The notes under the pieces are model-generated. The model was given only the letters and a program-made list of their open reading frames with translations, had not been told where the DNA came from and ran no database searches. Positions 1 to 8,685 of a DNA stretch of 64,000 nt are shown piece after piece (position 1 is the first letter of the stretch; every line of letters starts with the position of its first letter). Source of the stretch: Vampirovibrio sp. (GTDB lineage: Bacteria; Cyanobacteriota; Vampirovibrionia; Vampirovibrionales; Vampirovibrionaceae); contig NZ_JBGSRV010000012.1 in the NCBI RefSeq assembly GCF_041737375.1, forward strand, positions 94,790 through 158,789. The letters run 5' to 3'. A program made the translations under genes and the position numbers.

Positions 1-183
1 AAACGGCGGCCCTGGCGGCCATGGCGGCTGTGGTGTACGAGTGGGCTCCCTCCTAGTTGACAGCGAAGCCAGCTTCCGTCATGATGCCCTACTGGTTTTT
101 TCCGGGGTTCGGTTCTGTTAGCGCCTAAATAAGTGGCCCGTGCCGAATGGGTAGCAATCCATTAAAAATAGGCTGACATCATC

Positions 184-1638
184 ATGAACACCTCACTTTC
201 TTTTCCGTCAAAACTAGCGCATCCCATCATTCAAGCGGTTGTTTCGCTGGCAAAACAGCAGGGGGGGCAAGCGTATCTGGTGGGGGGCGCGGTGCGAGAT
301 TTATTACTCACTGGCGAGTTGCCGCTGGATTTGGATTTTACGCTGCTGAACTGCTCGGCGGCCCCCCTGGCCAAGGCCCTGGCCGATTCCCAAGCGGGTC
401 ATCTGGTGCCGCTGGATTGGGAGTTTGGCATACATCGGGTGGTGTTTACCGAGGGTGAACTAGCCGGGCTGAACGTGGATTTGGCCGATGCCCTGCAAAA
501 CAATCTGGATACTGATTTGGCCCGCCGGGATTTGACCATTAACGCCATGGCAATGGATTTGGCCACCGGGGCGCTGGTTGATCCTTTTAACGGACAGGCC
601 GATTTGGCGGCCAGAACCGTCAAAATGGTGAGTGCCTTGAACTTGCTGGATGACCCGTTGCGGATGCTGAGAGTGTTTCGCATTGCGGCTACCGTCCAGG
701 CGGAATGCATTGATGAGGCCACCTTGGCGGTGGTCGCAGAACATGGGGCCAAGGTGTGGGAGTCCGCCGCCGAGCGGGTGCAGTACGAGTTTTTCCGGCT
801 ACTGAGCGTGGAAAACTGCTTTGCCCAAGTCAAGGCCATGGCGGATTGCGGCCTTCTGGAAGTGCTGATTCCCGATTTAACCCCCATGAAGGCCATTGGT
901 TCCAGTGGGTTTCACCATTTGGGGCTGTTTGATCACACCTTGGAACTGGTCAAGCAAGCGGAGCGCCTGATTGCCGAATGTCCTGAGCATACTCAGGCTT
1001 GGGTACGGCAGGCTTTTACCCCGGCGGTCACCCGGTTTGGACTGATTAAACTGGCCTGTTTGCTGCACGATATTGGTAAACCGGCCACCATGGGCACTCG
1101 GGAAGACTCGGTTCACGGTCAGCGGCTCACCTTTTATGGCCATGAAGAAGTGGGTGAGGAAATGGCGGAACCCTTGCTGAAGCAGTGGAAAGTGAGCAAT
1201 GAAGTGCGCACTTACCTGAAAAAGCTGATTCGCTGGCACTTGTACCCCTGCCAGTTTGGGCCGGAATCGCCTCGCAAATCGGTATTGAAATATTACCGGC
1301 GCATGGGAGAGGATACCTTAGATGTGACTTTACTGGCCTTGGCCGATCGGCACAGTGCTTGCGGAGACTGGCTGAGCCAGGAAGCATTTGACACGGCGCA
1401 TCAGGCCCATTTGTGGCTAATGGCCAATTATGAGCGGGAAGAGCCGGTTTTAAACCTGCCTCGCCTGCTGAACGGCAAAGATTTAATGGACCTGCTTTCG
1501 GTGGGGCCGGGGCCGCATTTAAAAAAAATGCTGGGTGCCCTGCAAGAAGCGCAGCAGTTGGGAGAGGTGAACGACGCTGAGCAGGCCAAACACTGGGTAA
1601 TGGCGCAGTTTGGCGCCGGGAAAATTCCCACCGCTTAA
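184..1638 (+). CDS. cca: CCA-adding tRNA nucleotidyltransferase / poly(A) polymerase family protein with HD domain
   Basis: 484-aa ORF. Carries the nucleotidyltransferase head motif 'YLVGGAVRDLLL..LDLDF', the 'RRDLTINAMA' motif and an HD-type 'LLHDIGKP' motif. Confidence 0.85.
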   Translation: MNTSLSFPSKLAHPIIQAVVSLAKQQGGQAYLVGGAVRDLLLTGELPLDLDFTLLNCSAAPLAKALADSQAGHLVPLDWEFGIHRVVFTEGELAGLNVDLADALQNNLDTDLARRDLTINAMAMDLATGALVDPFNGQADLAARTVKMVSALNLLDDPLRMLRVFRIAATVQAECIDEATLAVVAEHGAKVWESAAERVQYEFFRLLSVENCFAQVKAMADCGLLEVLIPDLTPMKAIGSSGFHHLGLFDHTLELVKQAERLIAECPEHTQAWVRQAFTPAVTRFGLIKLACLLHDIGKPATMGTREDSVHGQRLTFYGHEEVGEEMAEPLLKQWKVSNEVRTYLKKLIRWHLYPCQFGPESPRKSVLKYYRRMGEDTLDVTLLALADRHSACGDWLSQEAFDTAHQAHLWLMANYEREEPVLNLPRLLNGKDLMDLLSVGPGPHLKKMLGALQEAQQLGEVNDAEQAKHWVMAQFGAGKIPTA

Positions 1639-1885
1639 AGCCCATACCTCATAGCCTGTTTTCAGGGTGCATGTCGCTTGCGGATAAAGCCTGTCGGTTA
1701 GAGCGACTGATGGTTTTGTGATGCGCTTTTTTGAGGGTAAGTAACGTTTGATTACATCTTGAATACATCGATCAATTATCACCTTTCTATTGTTTTTATA
1801 TACACAAGAGGCTCAATGACCGCCACTAGATATCAGGTCAGGCTAAAGACTTCGCAAAGGCTAAACATTAGAAAGGGTTGATGAT

Positions 1886-4800
1886 ATGAGTTTATTGAAT
1901 TTAAATACCGCTATCGCAAATCCACTGAGAACGACTGCCACTTCCACCGCTGCTGTAGAACCAGCGATTAGTTTGCCTTTAACCACTACCGGTTCGGTGG
2001 GTTCCAGTGCTGCAAATCCATTTACCCTGCCTGCCGATGCCAAAGATGTTTCCTTCGGGTTGGGCAGTCAGCCTCAGTATATTTCCTCAAAAGGTACTGT
2101 GTACGAGTATGACAAAACCAGTGGCAAAGAGCTGAAGTATAAAGGCGTGAATAACGCCAAAAAAGCCCTGACCCTGTCTTACACCGGTGAAAATAAGCCT
2201 AATGATACCGTGGTGGATCACAAGTACAGTCGTCAGCAAGTGGGTACCGAGCGTTATCAGGTCGGTACCGAAAAGTATGTATCTGGCTATAAAAACGAGC
2301 AGGCTGGTACGGAAAAGTATCAAACCGGCACTGAAAAATATCAGTCTGGAACAGAAAAAGTTCAAACCGGCACCAAGCAAGTGCAAACCGGAACGGAAAA
2401 AGTTCAAACCGGTAACAAGCAAGTACAAACCGGCACCGAGAAATACCAAACCGGTACTGAGAAGTTTCAGTCGGGAACGGAAAGCGTCCTGAGTGGTTAT
2501 AAAAATGTGCAAACTGGCACCGAGAAATATCAAACCGGCACCGAGCGGTACCAAACCGGCACCGAAAAAGTGCAAACCGGCACCGAGAAATACCAGACTG
2601 GGACCGAGCGGTATCAAACCGGCACGGAAAAAGTACAAACCGGCACCAAGCCTGTACAAATTGGCACCGAGAAATACCAAACTGGTACCGAAAAAGTGCA
2701 AACCGGCACCGAGAAATATCAGACTGGAACCGAGCGGTATCAAACCGGCACGGAAAAAGTACAAACCGGTACCAAGCACGTACAAATTGGCACCGAGAAA
2801 TACCAAACCGGCACCGAGCGGGTTCAAACTGGCACCGAGAAATACCAGACCGGGACCGAGCGGTATCAAACCGGCACCGAAAAAGTTCAAACTGGCACCA
2901 AGCCTGTACAAATTGGCACCGAAAAATACCAGACCGGCACCGAGCGGGTGCAAACCGGTACCAAGCCCGTACAAATTGGCACCGAGAAATACCAGACCGG
3001 CACCGAGAAGTATCAGTCGGGTACCGAGCGGTATCAATCTGGCACGGAAATTACAGGGTATAACACCACTGTAGAAAAAGGCCGCATTGACGTAAACCGC
3101 GAGCTGGACGGCAAAGCCAACACCGGTGCGGTGGGTGACATTATTGACGGTGGCACCGCTCAATTAATAGATGGCAAGAAAGCAGCCAGCTATTTCAACA
3201 GCCCTCAGGCAACTCAGTATAAAGTAAGTGGTCTGACTGCCGAAGACAACAAGGCTCAGGCCGAACATGTCAGTATCCTTTCCAAAACCGATGCGGATGA
3301 TATGTATGTGGCAGGCGATCCGATTGTTGGCGGTAAAGGCAATGATTACGATCCCAAGACCATTACCCCCGGCACTGGTTACCTCACCATGTATGAGGAT
3401 GGTACTGCCGCTGGCCGCAAGGTTACTATCAACGCTCATGTCGATAAAATCAACAAGCAAGGCAACACCGCATTTACCGAATATGGTTTCGTCATTCAGG
3501 ATGACAGTGGCCAGAAAACCAGCGCCACTCTGTCGGGCGGCCAGTTCAAAATCGGCGGGCAAGTGTTGCTGCCAGGTCAGGAAAAAGTCATTGGGGATCC
3601 CGCTGACCCGACTGCCAAGTTCTACTATGCAATGATGCCTGGTGGAGAAAATGGCGCCAAAGAACAACGCCTGGTTTTTGAATCTTATGAAAAAGTAACG
3701 CCTGGAACCCGTCAAACCTTAATTGATGCGGGTGCCAGTCCTGCCGAAGTAGACGCGATGCGCTCTAAAACGCAAGCGACCTTTGGATTCCGTATTCCCG
3801 ATGGCAAAAACAGCTTCCGCTCTTCCGCCGGGGTTGCGGGTGGCTTGTCTACCACCACCAATGGGGTCAAAACCTACTACGACGCCCACTTCTATGAGCC
3901 AGGTTCCACAAGTCTGGAAACCACCAAACATCATAAAGAACCCATTTACGGCCCTGTTTACAGTGAAAGACCTGTATATAGCGAGCGCCCTACCTACGGC
4001 GAGCGTCCTGTGTACGGTGAAGAGCCGATTTACGAAGATCGTCCTACCTACGGCGAGCGTCCCGTGTACGGTGAAGAGCCGGTTTACGAACATCGCCCTA
4101 CCTACGGCGAACGTCCTACCTACGGTGAAAAGCCAGTTTACGAAAATCGCCCTACCTACGGCGAGCGCCCCACCTACGGTGAGCGTCCCGTGTACGGTGA
4201 AGAGCCGGTTTACGAAAATCGCCCTACCTACGGTGAGCGTCCCAAGTACGCTGAGCGTCCCGTTTACAAGCAAGAGCCGGTTTACACCGACAAGCCGGTT
4301 TACAGCGAGCGTCCCAAATACGCTGAGCGTCCCGTTTACAAGCAAGAGCCGGTTTACACCGACAAGCCGGTTTACAAGCAAGAGCCTGTTTACACCAATA
4401 AGCCTGTATTCAGTGAGCGTCCTAAATACGCCGAACGGCCAGTTTACAAGCCAACCCCTGTATATAGTGAGCGTCCTACCTACGGCGAGCGCCCTGTTTA
4501 CAAGGAAGTTTGCGAGCCGGTTTACGGAATGGACTACGGCGTTGATGTGGATTACGGTAAATCCTACGATGAGCCATCCTACCACTGCCCACCCACCAGC
4601 TACAGCTTGCCTAACATCACTCAGTACGCCTCTACGGGTAGTGGCAAGCCCAAGGCTACCCAGTCTGTTAATGCAGGCAGCGCTCAGTTGAACCAGTCTG
4701 CCTCCACAGGTAGTGGCAAGCCTCAAGCGACTCAATCCCTGAATATGGGCGGCGCTCAGGTGAACCAGTCTGCTTCTACGGGTAGCGGCAAGCCTCAAGC

Positions 4801-4969
4801 GACTCAATCCCTGAATATGGGTGCTCAGGTCAATCAGTCCGCCGCCACTGGCTCTGCGGCTCCTGCTCCTGCGAGCAGTCAGTCTATGAGCTTTGGTGGA
4901 CTGGATCCCCAGTTCCTGATGAGCCTGATGCAGATGTTGATGCAATTGCTTCAGCAAATGGGCCTGTAA
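1886..4969 (+). CDS. Giant tandem-repeat protein of unknown function (heptad array, central non-repetitive domain, Pro/Tyr hexad array, Ser/Gly/Gln repeats, Met/Leu/Gln-rich tail)
   Basis: 1027-aa uninterrupted ORF with a purine-rich 'gaaaggg' box upstream of the ATG and a strong terminator right after the stop. The repeats stay in perfect reading register. The N-terminus 'MSLLNLNTAIANPLRTT..' has no canonical signal peptide. Confidence 0.85.
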   Translation: MSLLNLNTAIANPLRTTATSTAAVEPAISLPLTTTGSVGSSAANPFTLPADAKDVSFGLGSQPQYISSKGTVYEYDKTSGKELKYKGVNNAKKALTLSYTGENKPNDTVVDHKYSRQQVGTERYQVGTEKYVSGYKNEQAGTEKYQTGTEKYQSGTEKVQTGTKQVQTGTEKVQTGNKQVQTGTEKYQTGTEKFQSGTESVLSGYKNVQTGTEKYQTGTERYQTGTEKVQTGTEKYQTGTERYQTGTEKVQTGTKPVQIGTEKYQTGTEKVQTGTEKYQTGTERYQTGTEKVQTGTKHVQIGTEKYQTGTERVQTGTEKYQTGTERYQTGTEKVQTGTKPVQIGTEKYQTGTERVQTGTKPVQIGTEKYQTGTEKYQSGTERYQSGTEITGYNTTVEKGRIDVNRELDGKANTGAVGDIIDGGTAQLIDGKKAASYFNSPQATQYKVSGLTAEDNKAQAEHVSILSKTDADDMYVAGDPIVGGKGNDYDPKTITPGTGYLTMYEDGTAAGRKVTINAHVDKINKQGNTAFTEYGFVIQDDSGQKTSATLSGGQFKIGGQVLLPGQEKVIGDPADPTAKFYYAMMPGGENGAKEQRLVFESYEKVTPGTRQTLIDAGASPAEVDAMRSKTQATFGFRIPDGKNSFRSSAGVAGGLSTTTNGVKTYYDAHFYEPGSTSLETTKHHKEPIYGPVYSERPVYSERPTYGERPVYGEEPIYEDRPTYGERPVYGEEPVYEHRPTYGERPTYGEKPVYENRPTYGERPTYGERPVYGEEPVYENRPTYGERPKYAERPVYKQEPVYTDKPVYSERPKYAERPVYKQEPVYTDKPVYKQEPVYTNKPVFSERPKYAERPVYKPTPVYSERPTYGERPVYKEVCEPVYGMDYGVDVDYGKSYDEPSYHCPPTSYSLPNITQYASTGSGKPKATQSVNAGSAQLNQSASTGSGKPQATQSLNMGGAQVNQSASTGSGKPQATQSLNMGAQVNQSAATGSAAPAPASSQSMSFGGLDPQFLMSLMQMLMQLLQQMGL
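2237..3055 (+). repeat. 39 consecutive in-frame 21-bp repeats encoding Q-x-G-T-E-K-Y heptads, with a 126-bp (6-heptad) higher-order unit
   Basis: Counted from the translation, aa 118-390. Gly at heptad position 3 occurs in 39/39 units and there are no indels. The super-repeat is QIGTEKY-QTGTE(K/R)V-QTGTEKY-QTGTERY-QTGTEKV-QTGTK(P/H)V. Confidence 0.95.
3938..4528 (+). repeat. About 32 in-frame 18-bp repeats encoding [V/T/K]-Y-x-x-x-P hexads (e.g. TYGERP, VYGEEP, VYKQEP)
   Basis: Thirty hexads are uninterrupted from aa 691 to 870 (nt 3956-4495), with degenerate units at both edges. Confidence 0.95.
4628..4840 (+). repeat. Three tandem 69-72-bp repeats encoding ASTGSGKP(K/Q)ATQS(V/L)N(A/M)G..AQ(L/V)NQS
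   Basis: aa 915-985 of the repeat protein. Units are 24, 24 and 23 aa. Confidence 0.9.
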
Positions 4970-4997
4970 CCTCTCTATTTCCTCACTAACACAACCA

Positions 4998-5034
4998 AGC
5001 TCCGGGCAGTGTTAATCTGCCCGGAGCTTTTTTA
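4998..5034 (+). terminator. Rho-independent terminator of the repeat-protein gene
   Basis: 12-bp stem AGCTCCGGGCAG / CTGCCCGGAGCT with a 7-nt loop, followed by a T-tract. Confidence 0.85.
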
Positions 5035-5088
5035 ATGGTGTTTAACAAGGCGCAGGCGTTTTACAGTTCCGGGCTGGAAGCTGGTAAA

Positions 5089-6243
5089 ATGAATTTTGAA
5101 GGGAAAACAAATGTGAATGTCCTGAAAAATTCTGTTGGACAATGGCTGATGGTGCTACTGGCGGGAATTTTGCTATTCTCTCAGGCTGCCTTCAACCTGA
5201 TGCAGGTTAATGCAGCCTCCTATCAGGGCATTTTGTTGCAATGGTTTGTTTTTCAAGGGTGCCTGATGGCCGTTGTCTATCGCATGGGGCAAAATCACCT
5301 GCCCCGGATCTGGCTTGGGCTTCTGCTGGTTTTTCTGTGGCTGATTGGAACCTCTTACTTCACCGCTTCCCAGGTAAACTGGGTAGGGCTTAGTGCCTTG
5401 TTGGCCGTTTATTGCGTGTGGCTGCATTTGCGGCAGGTGTATGCCGGAGAAATTCGTCCCAGCCTGTTAAGCACCAGTGCGCTGTTTACCGCTCTAACCG
5501 GCTGGCTTTCGGTTGAAACGGGCTTGCTGCTGGCCTTGGCCATTTTGTTTTTTTCCTGGATTCATTGCTTCTTGCACGAGCGGGAAGAGAAAGACCTTCG
5601 GGATAACAAGATCTCCAGTCAGGCGGTTTTAAACCGCTGGTTTCCGGCGTGGGGCGTTTACTGGCTACTGCCTTTTGTGCTGTGCCATTTGGTGGAAGGG
5701 GGGCTGTTGACCGCTTTAAACCTATGGCCTCAGTTTCTCACTGATTCAGGCAGTTGGCTGTCGGCTTTTTTTAAGGGAAAAGCCCCCATTCCGGGTTATT
5801 TTTCCTCGTTTCACCGGGAGTTTGAAGCGGCCTTTCAGCCTTTGACTTTTTCAAACCGGATTCCCCATTGGCTGGGGTTTGCCGTGCAGATTTTAACCGG
5901 GCTGCGTTTATTGGGCATTGGGGTATTGCCGGTGTTGGGCATTTTGGGGATGGGGTATCAGGTTCCCGGCCGGTTTGTGTATCGGTTGTTGCAGCGGCCC
6001 GATGAAGAGCTGTTGTTGTTTTGGTTGAGTGGCGCAGCCCTGATTTTGGCGACCTTTCTGGATTCCAGCACAGTTCGCATTGTGAGTGATGGCACTTTGA
6101 GTTTTTTGCTGGGCTTTCTGGTGCTGGCGCGCTGGTTAACGCCACGCCCTAAAGCGCAGCGAGAGTTTTACTGGATACTGGCCCTGTTTTTCGGTTTGTG
6201 GCTGGCCGCTGATGTCTTGATGGCTTACTTGCGCCTGACCTAG
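5089..6243 (+). CDS. Polytopic integral membrane protein of unknown function
   Basis: The ORF is open from 5035, but that ATG sits inside the terminator T-tract. The ATG at 5089 ('MNFEGKT..') is the more plausible start. Many hydrophobic helices are visible. Confidence 0.6.
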   Translation: MNFEGKTNVNVLKNSVGQWLMVLLAGILLFSQAAFNLMQVNAASYQGILLQWFVFQGCLMAVVYRMGQNHLPRIWLGLLLVFLWLIGTSYFTASQVNWVGLSALLAVYCVWLHLRQVYAGEIRPSLLSTSALFTALTGWLSVETGLLLALAILFFSWIHCFLHEREEKDLRDNKISSQAVLNRWFPAWGVYWLLPFVLCHLVEGGLLTALNLWPQFLTDSGSWLSAFFKGKAPIPGYFSSFHREFEAAFQPLTFSNRIPHWLGFAVQILTGLRLLGIGVLPVLGILGMGYQVPGRFVYRLLQRPDEELLLFWLSGAALILATFLDSSTVRIVSDGTLSFLLGFLVLARWLTPRPKAQREFYWILALFFGLWLAADVLMAYLRLT

Positions 6244-6358
6244 GCAGGTGGAAGCTCTGTCTGGTTTGCTCTGCCTAGTGTTCTCTATTTTGCTTACTCA
6301 GCTTGGCTTATGGCAAAATAGGCTGCACTCCCCTTATGTATGAAAGAAAGGCATTTTT

Positions 6359-7135
6359 ATGTCTCCCATTCGACTGGTGTCCTGGAACGTGAACGGTATC
6401 CGGGCGGCCATTAAAAAAGGTTTTTTTGAGTGGCTGGCTCAGGATCAGCCCGATATTCTGGGCTTACAGGAAACCAAAATCAGCGCCGAGCAACTGACTT
6501 TGGATATGGTAGCGCCGCAGGGTTACCACACCTTTTGGAGCCATGCCAACAAAAAGGGCTACAGTGGGGTGGCCATTTTCACCAAGGAAAAACCCATTTC
6601 AGTCACCGAAGGGCTGGGCGTTCCGGAGTGGGATACCGAAGGCCGCACTTTAATTGCGGAGTATCCCAATTTTGTGTTGTACAACATTTATTACCCCAAC
6701 GGTGGGCGTGGCGATGACCGCTTGCAGTACAAGCTGGGGTTTTACGATGTGTTTTTGGAACACATTGAAAATTTACGCAAGCAGGGTAAAAAAGTCATTG
6801 CCTGTGGCGATTTTAATACCGCTCATCATCCCATTGATTTGGCCAGACCCAAGGAAAACGAAAAAATTTCGGGCTTTATGCCCATTGAACGGGCCTGGGT
6901 GGATAAATTTGTGGCGCATGGCTATGTGGATACCTTCCGCTATTTTTATCCCGAGAAAAAGGACATGTATTCCTGGTGGAATATGCGAACTTTTGCCAGA
7001 GATCGGAATGTAGGCTGGCGGATTGATTACTTTTTTACCAGCCCGGATTTGAAAGAAAACCTGGTGGACGCAGGCATTGAAATGGCCGTTCCTGGCTCGG
7101 ATCATTGCCCGGTTACGCTCACCCTTAAGTTTTAA
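6359..7135 (+). CDS. xth: Exodeoxyribonuclease III (AP endonuclease, EEP fold)
   Basis: 258 aa with motifs 'SWNVNGIRA', 'LQETK', 'GDFNTAHHPIDL' and 'GSDHCPV'. Confidence 0.9.
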   Translation: MSPIRLVSWNVNGIRAAIKKGFFEWLAQDQPDILGLQETKISAEQLTLDMVAPQGYHTFWSHANKKGYSGVAIFTKEKPISVTEGLGVPEWDTEGRTLIAEYPNFVLYNIYYPNGGRGDDRLQYKLGFYDVFLEHIENLRKQGKKVIACGDFNTAHHPIDLARPKENEKISGFMPIERAWVDKFVAHGYVDTFRYFYPEKKDMYSWWNMRTFARDRNVGWRIDYFFTSPDLKENLVDAGIEMAVPGSDHCPVTLTLKF

Positions 7136-7211
7136 GGGCTTCTAAAACGCCAGCGTGGACAGGCAATTTTGAGAGGGGTTGGGTTTAATTTTTAAGCCTC
7201 CTCTAGTTTTG

Positions 7212-7260
7212 AGCGCTTTAGCGTTTTTAAAAGCGCTTCATGTTTTGCGTTTTGCCTTTT
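7212..7260 (+). terminator. Putative terminator downstream of xth
   Basis: 8-bp stem AGCGCTTT / AAAGCGCT (7212-7237) followed by a T-rich run. Confidence 0.45.
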
Positions 7261-7293
7261 TGAAATAGAAATTTAGACATTGGAGTTTAATAA

Positions 7294-8538
7294 ATGACCG
7301 TTCTTTTTGGCGTCAATCCATCGAACCGAGATGGTCAATTGCGTCCGCCCTCCGCTACGGCGTCCAATAACCCGCTAGAGTTGCTTTCCGCCGTGGCGGA
7401 GCAGTTGGGTGAGGCGGATGAAAGGGCGGTTGCTCCAGACCGTTTCACTCGGGCCTCTCATCCTGAGGAGGCCAATCCCGCTGAAGCAAATAGCCCGGCC
7501 CGGCAGCAGCCTGTGACCCCTAGGCGGGTGAATAACGCCTTGATCGATGCGATTGAACATAAAGATTTTCAAGCGATTTCTTATTTGTTACAGCGCTATA
7601 ACTTGTCTAAAGCGCAGGTTGAGGAAGCTGCCTTGTTGGCCATTTCACAAGCTGGCAGGGGTACGGATCCGCAAATGAATACAGTGGTGGAACAGTTGCT
7701 GAATCATTCTGAAATGGATGTGAATCTAACAGGCAGGAATAATCAACCTGAGGTGGTTCTGGCCGCGTATAACAATAAAAATGCTCGTTTATTGGTAGGG
7801 CTTTTAAACAAGCCTGAATTGAACCTGAATAGTCGGAAATTTGCCTGGGACAAGGCCGTCGTCAATAATTTAACGGATTTAATTGAATACATGCTGGATC
7901 ATCCGGCGATAACGCCTTCAATCGTTAATAGCCCTCTGGGTGAGGGGTTTAGGGCGCACCATGGTTCCTCTGGATGGGTTTCTGCCATGGGTCAGGGCAA
8001 TTTTCAGCTTGCCAAGTTACTGGCAAAGCATCCTAAATTTGATATTAATGCCCCACTGAGTCCCGGAACCTGTTTAACGCCTTTAGGTGGGGCCGCGGTC
8101 AGAAATTCGGAAGAAGTGGTCAGGGTGCTTTTAGCAGAGAATCGTCTTCGGCTGGATCAACCCGCTGGTGCCCCACAGTCTGACACGACTATTTTTGCCG
8201 CGGCCGGGGCGGGTCGCTTACGCATGTTGCAGACATTGTTAGCGCGTCCGGGTTTCAACATCAACGCCATCAATCCTGAAGGTGTCAGCGCCTTGGACAA
8301 TGCCTTTAATAACGGTCGCGCAGATGTGGTGCACTGGATGCTTCCTCGGGTACATGATACGGTTTTACTCAGGGCGGGAGGCCCTCAAGCGAGAGAGCAT
8401 TTGATGGGTTGGCTATGGAGTGAGTTTCAACGGCTTGCTCAAGGTCGCCCCCCTCAAAGTCCTCCCCCTCATCAAGGTCGCCCTCCTCAAGGGCCTCCCC
8501 CTCCCCCTCAAGGCCCTCCTCCTTTAGACCCCGTTTAA
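7294..8538 (+). CDS. Ankyrin-repeat-like protein with disordered N-terminus and C-terminal polyproline tail
   Basis: 414 aa with degenerate ANK-like units (e.g. 'GVSALDNAFNNGRADVVHWML', 'TPLGGAAVRNSEEVVRVLL'). The tail reads 'GRPPQSPPPHQGRPPQGPPPPPQGPPPLDPV'. Confidence 0.6.
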   Translation: MTVLFGVNPSNRDGQLRPPSATASNNPLELLSAVAEQLGEADERAVAPDRFTRASHPEEANPAEANSPARQQPVTPRRVNNALIDAIEHKDFQAISYLLQRYNLSKAQVEEAALLAISQAGRGTDPQMNTVVEQLLNHSEMDVNLTGRNNQPEVVLAAYNNKNARLLVGLLNKPELNLNSRKFAWDKAVVNNLTDLIEYMLDHPAITPSIVNSPLGEGFRAHHGSSGWVSAMGQGNFQLAKLLAKHPKFDINAPLSPGTCLTPLGGAAVRNSEEVVRVLLAENRLRLDQPAGAPQSDTTIFAAAGAGRLRMLQTLLARPGFNINAINPEGVSALDNAFNNGRADVVHWMLPRVHDTVLLRAGGPQAREHLMGWLWSEFQRLAQGRPPQSPPPHQGRPPQGPPPPPQGPPPLDPV

Positions 8539-8624
8539 CGTTGAATGCCCCCGACGGAATATCTTAGGATAAGCCCAACCGAGGCAACCATAAGCTTTGC
8601 GGGTTCTCTTATTAAGATAAAATC

Positions 8625-8662
8625 AAAAGCCCCCAGCGATGACATTCGATGGGGGCTTTTTT
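8625..8662. terminator. Bidirectional terminator between convergent genes
   Basis: GC-rich stem GCCCCC(A) / (T)GGGGGC, flanked by an A-run upstream and a T-run downstream. Confidence 0.75.
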
Positions 8663-8685
8663 GAATGAAATGAACGATTTTATTT

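Noticed and set aside
1-56. Possible 3' end of an upstream CDS (frame 3, '..TAALAAMAAVVYEWAPS*')
   Set aside because: Only 17 codons before the stop are visible and the other frames are also open. That is not enough to support a call.
2237-3055. A regular 21-bp repeat array that a repeat finder might flag as CRISPR-like
   Set aside because: The units are contiguous with no unique spacers. They stay in one reading frame of a 1027-aa ORF and encode a coherent heptad peptide. No cas genes are nearby.
2087-4957. Long alternative-frame and antisense ORFs inside the repeat gene (2087-3163 minus, 3719-4957 minus, 2493-3074 plus, 3783-4691 plus)
   Set aside because: These are by-products of low-complexity repeats that lack stop codons in several frames. 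Their translations are monotonous (LGAGL.., KPAPRNT..), and there are no independent start or RBS signals.
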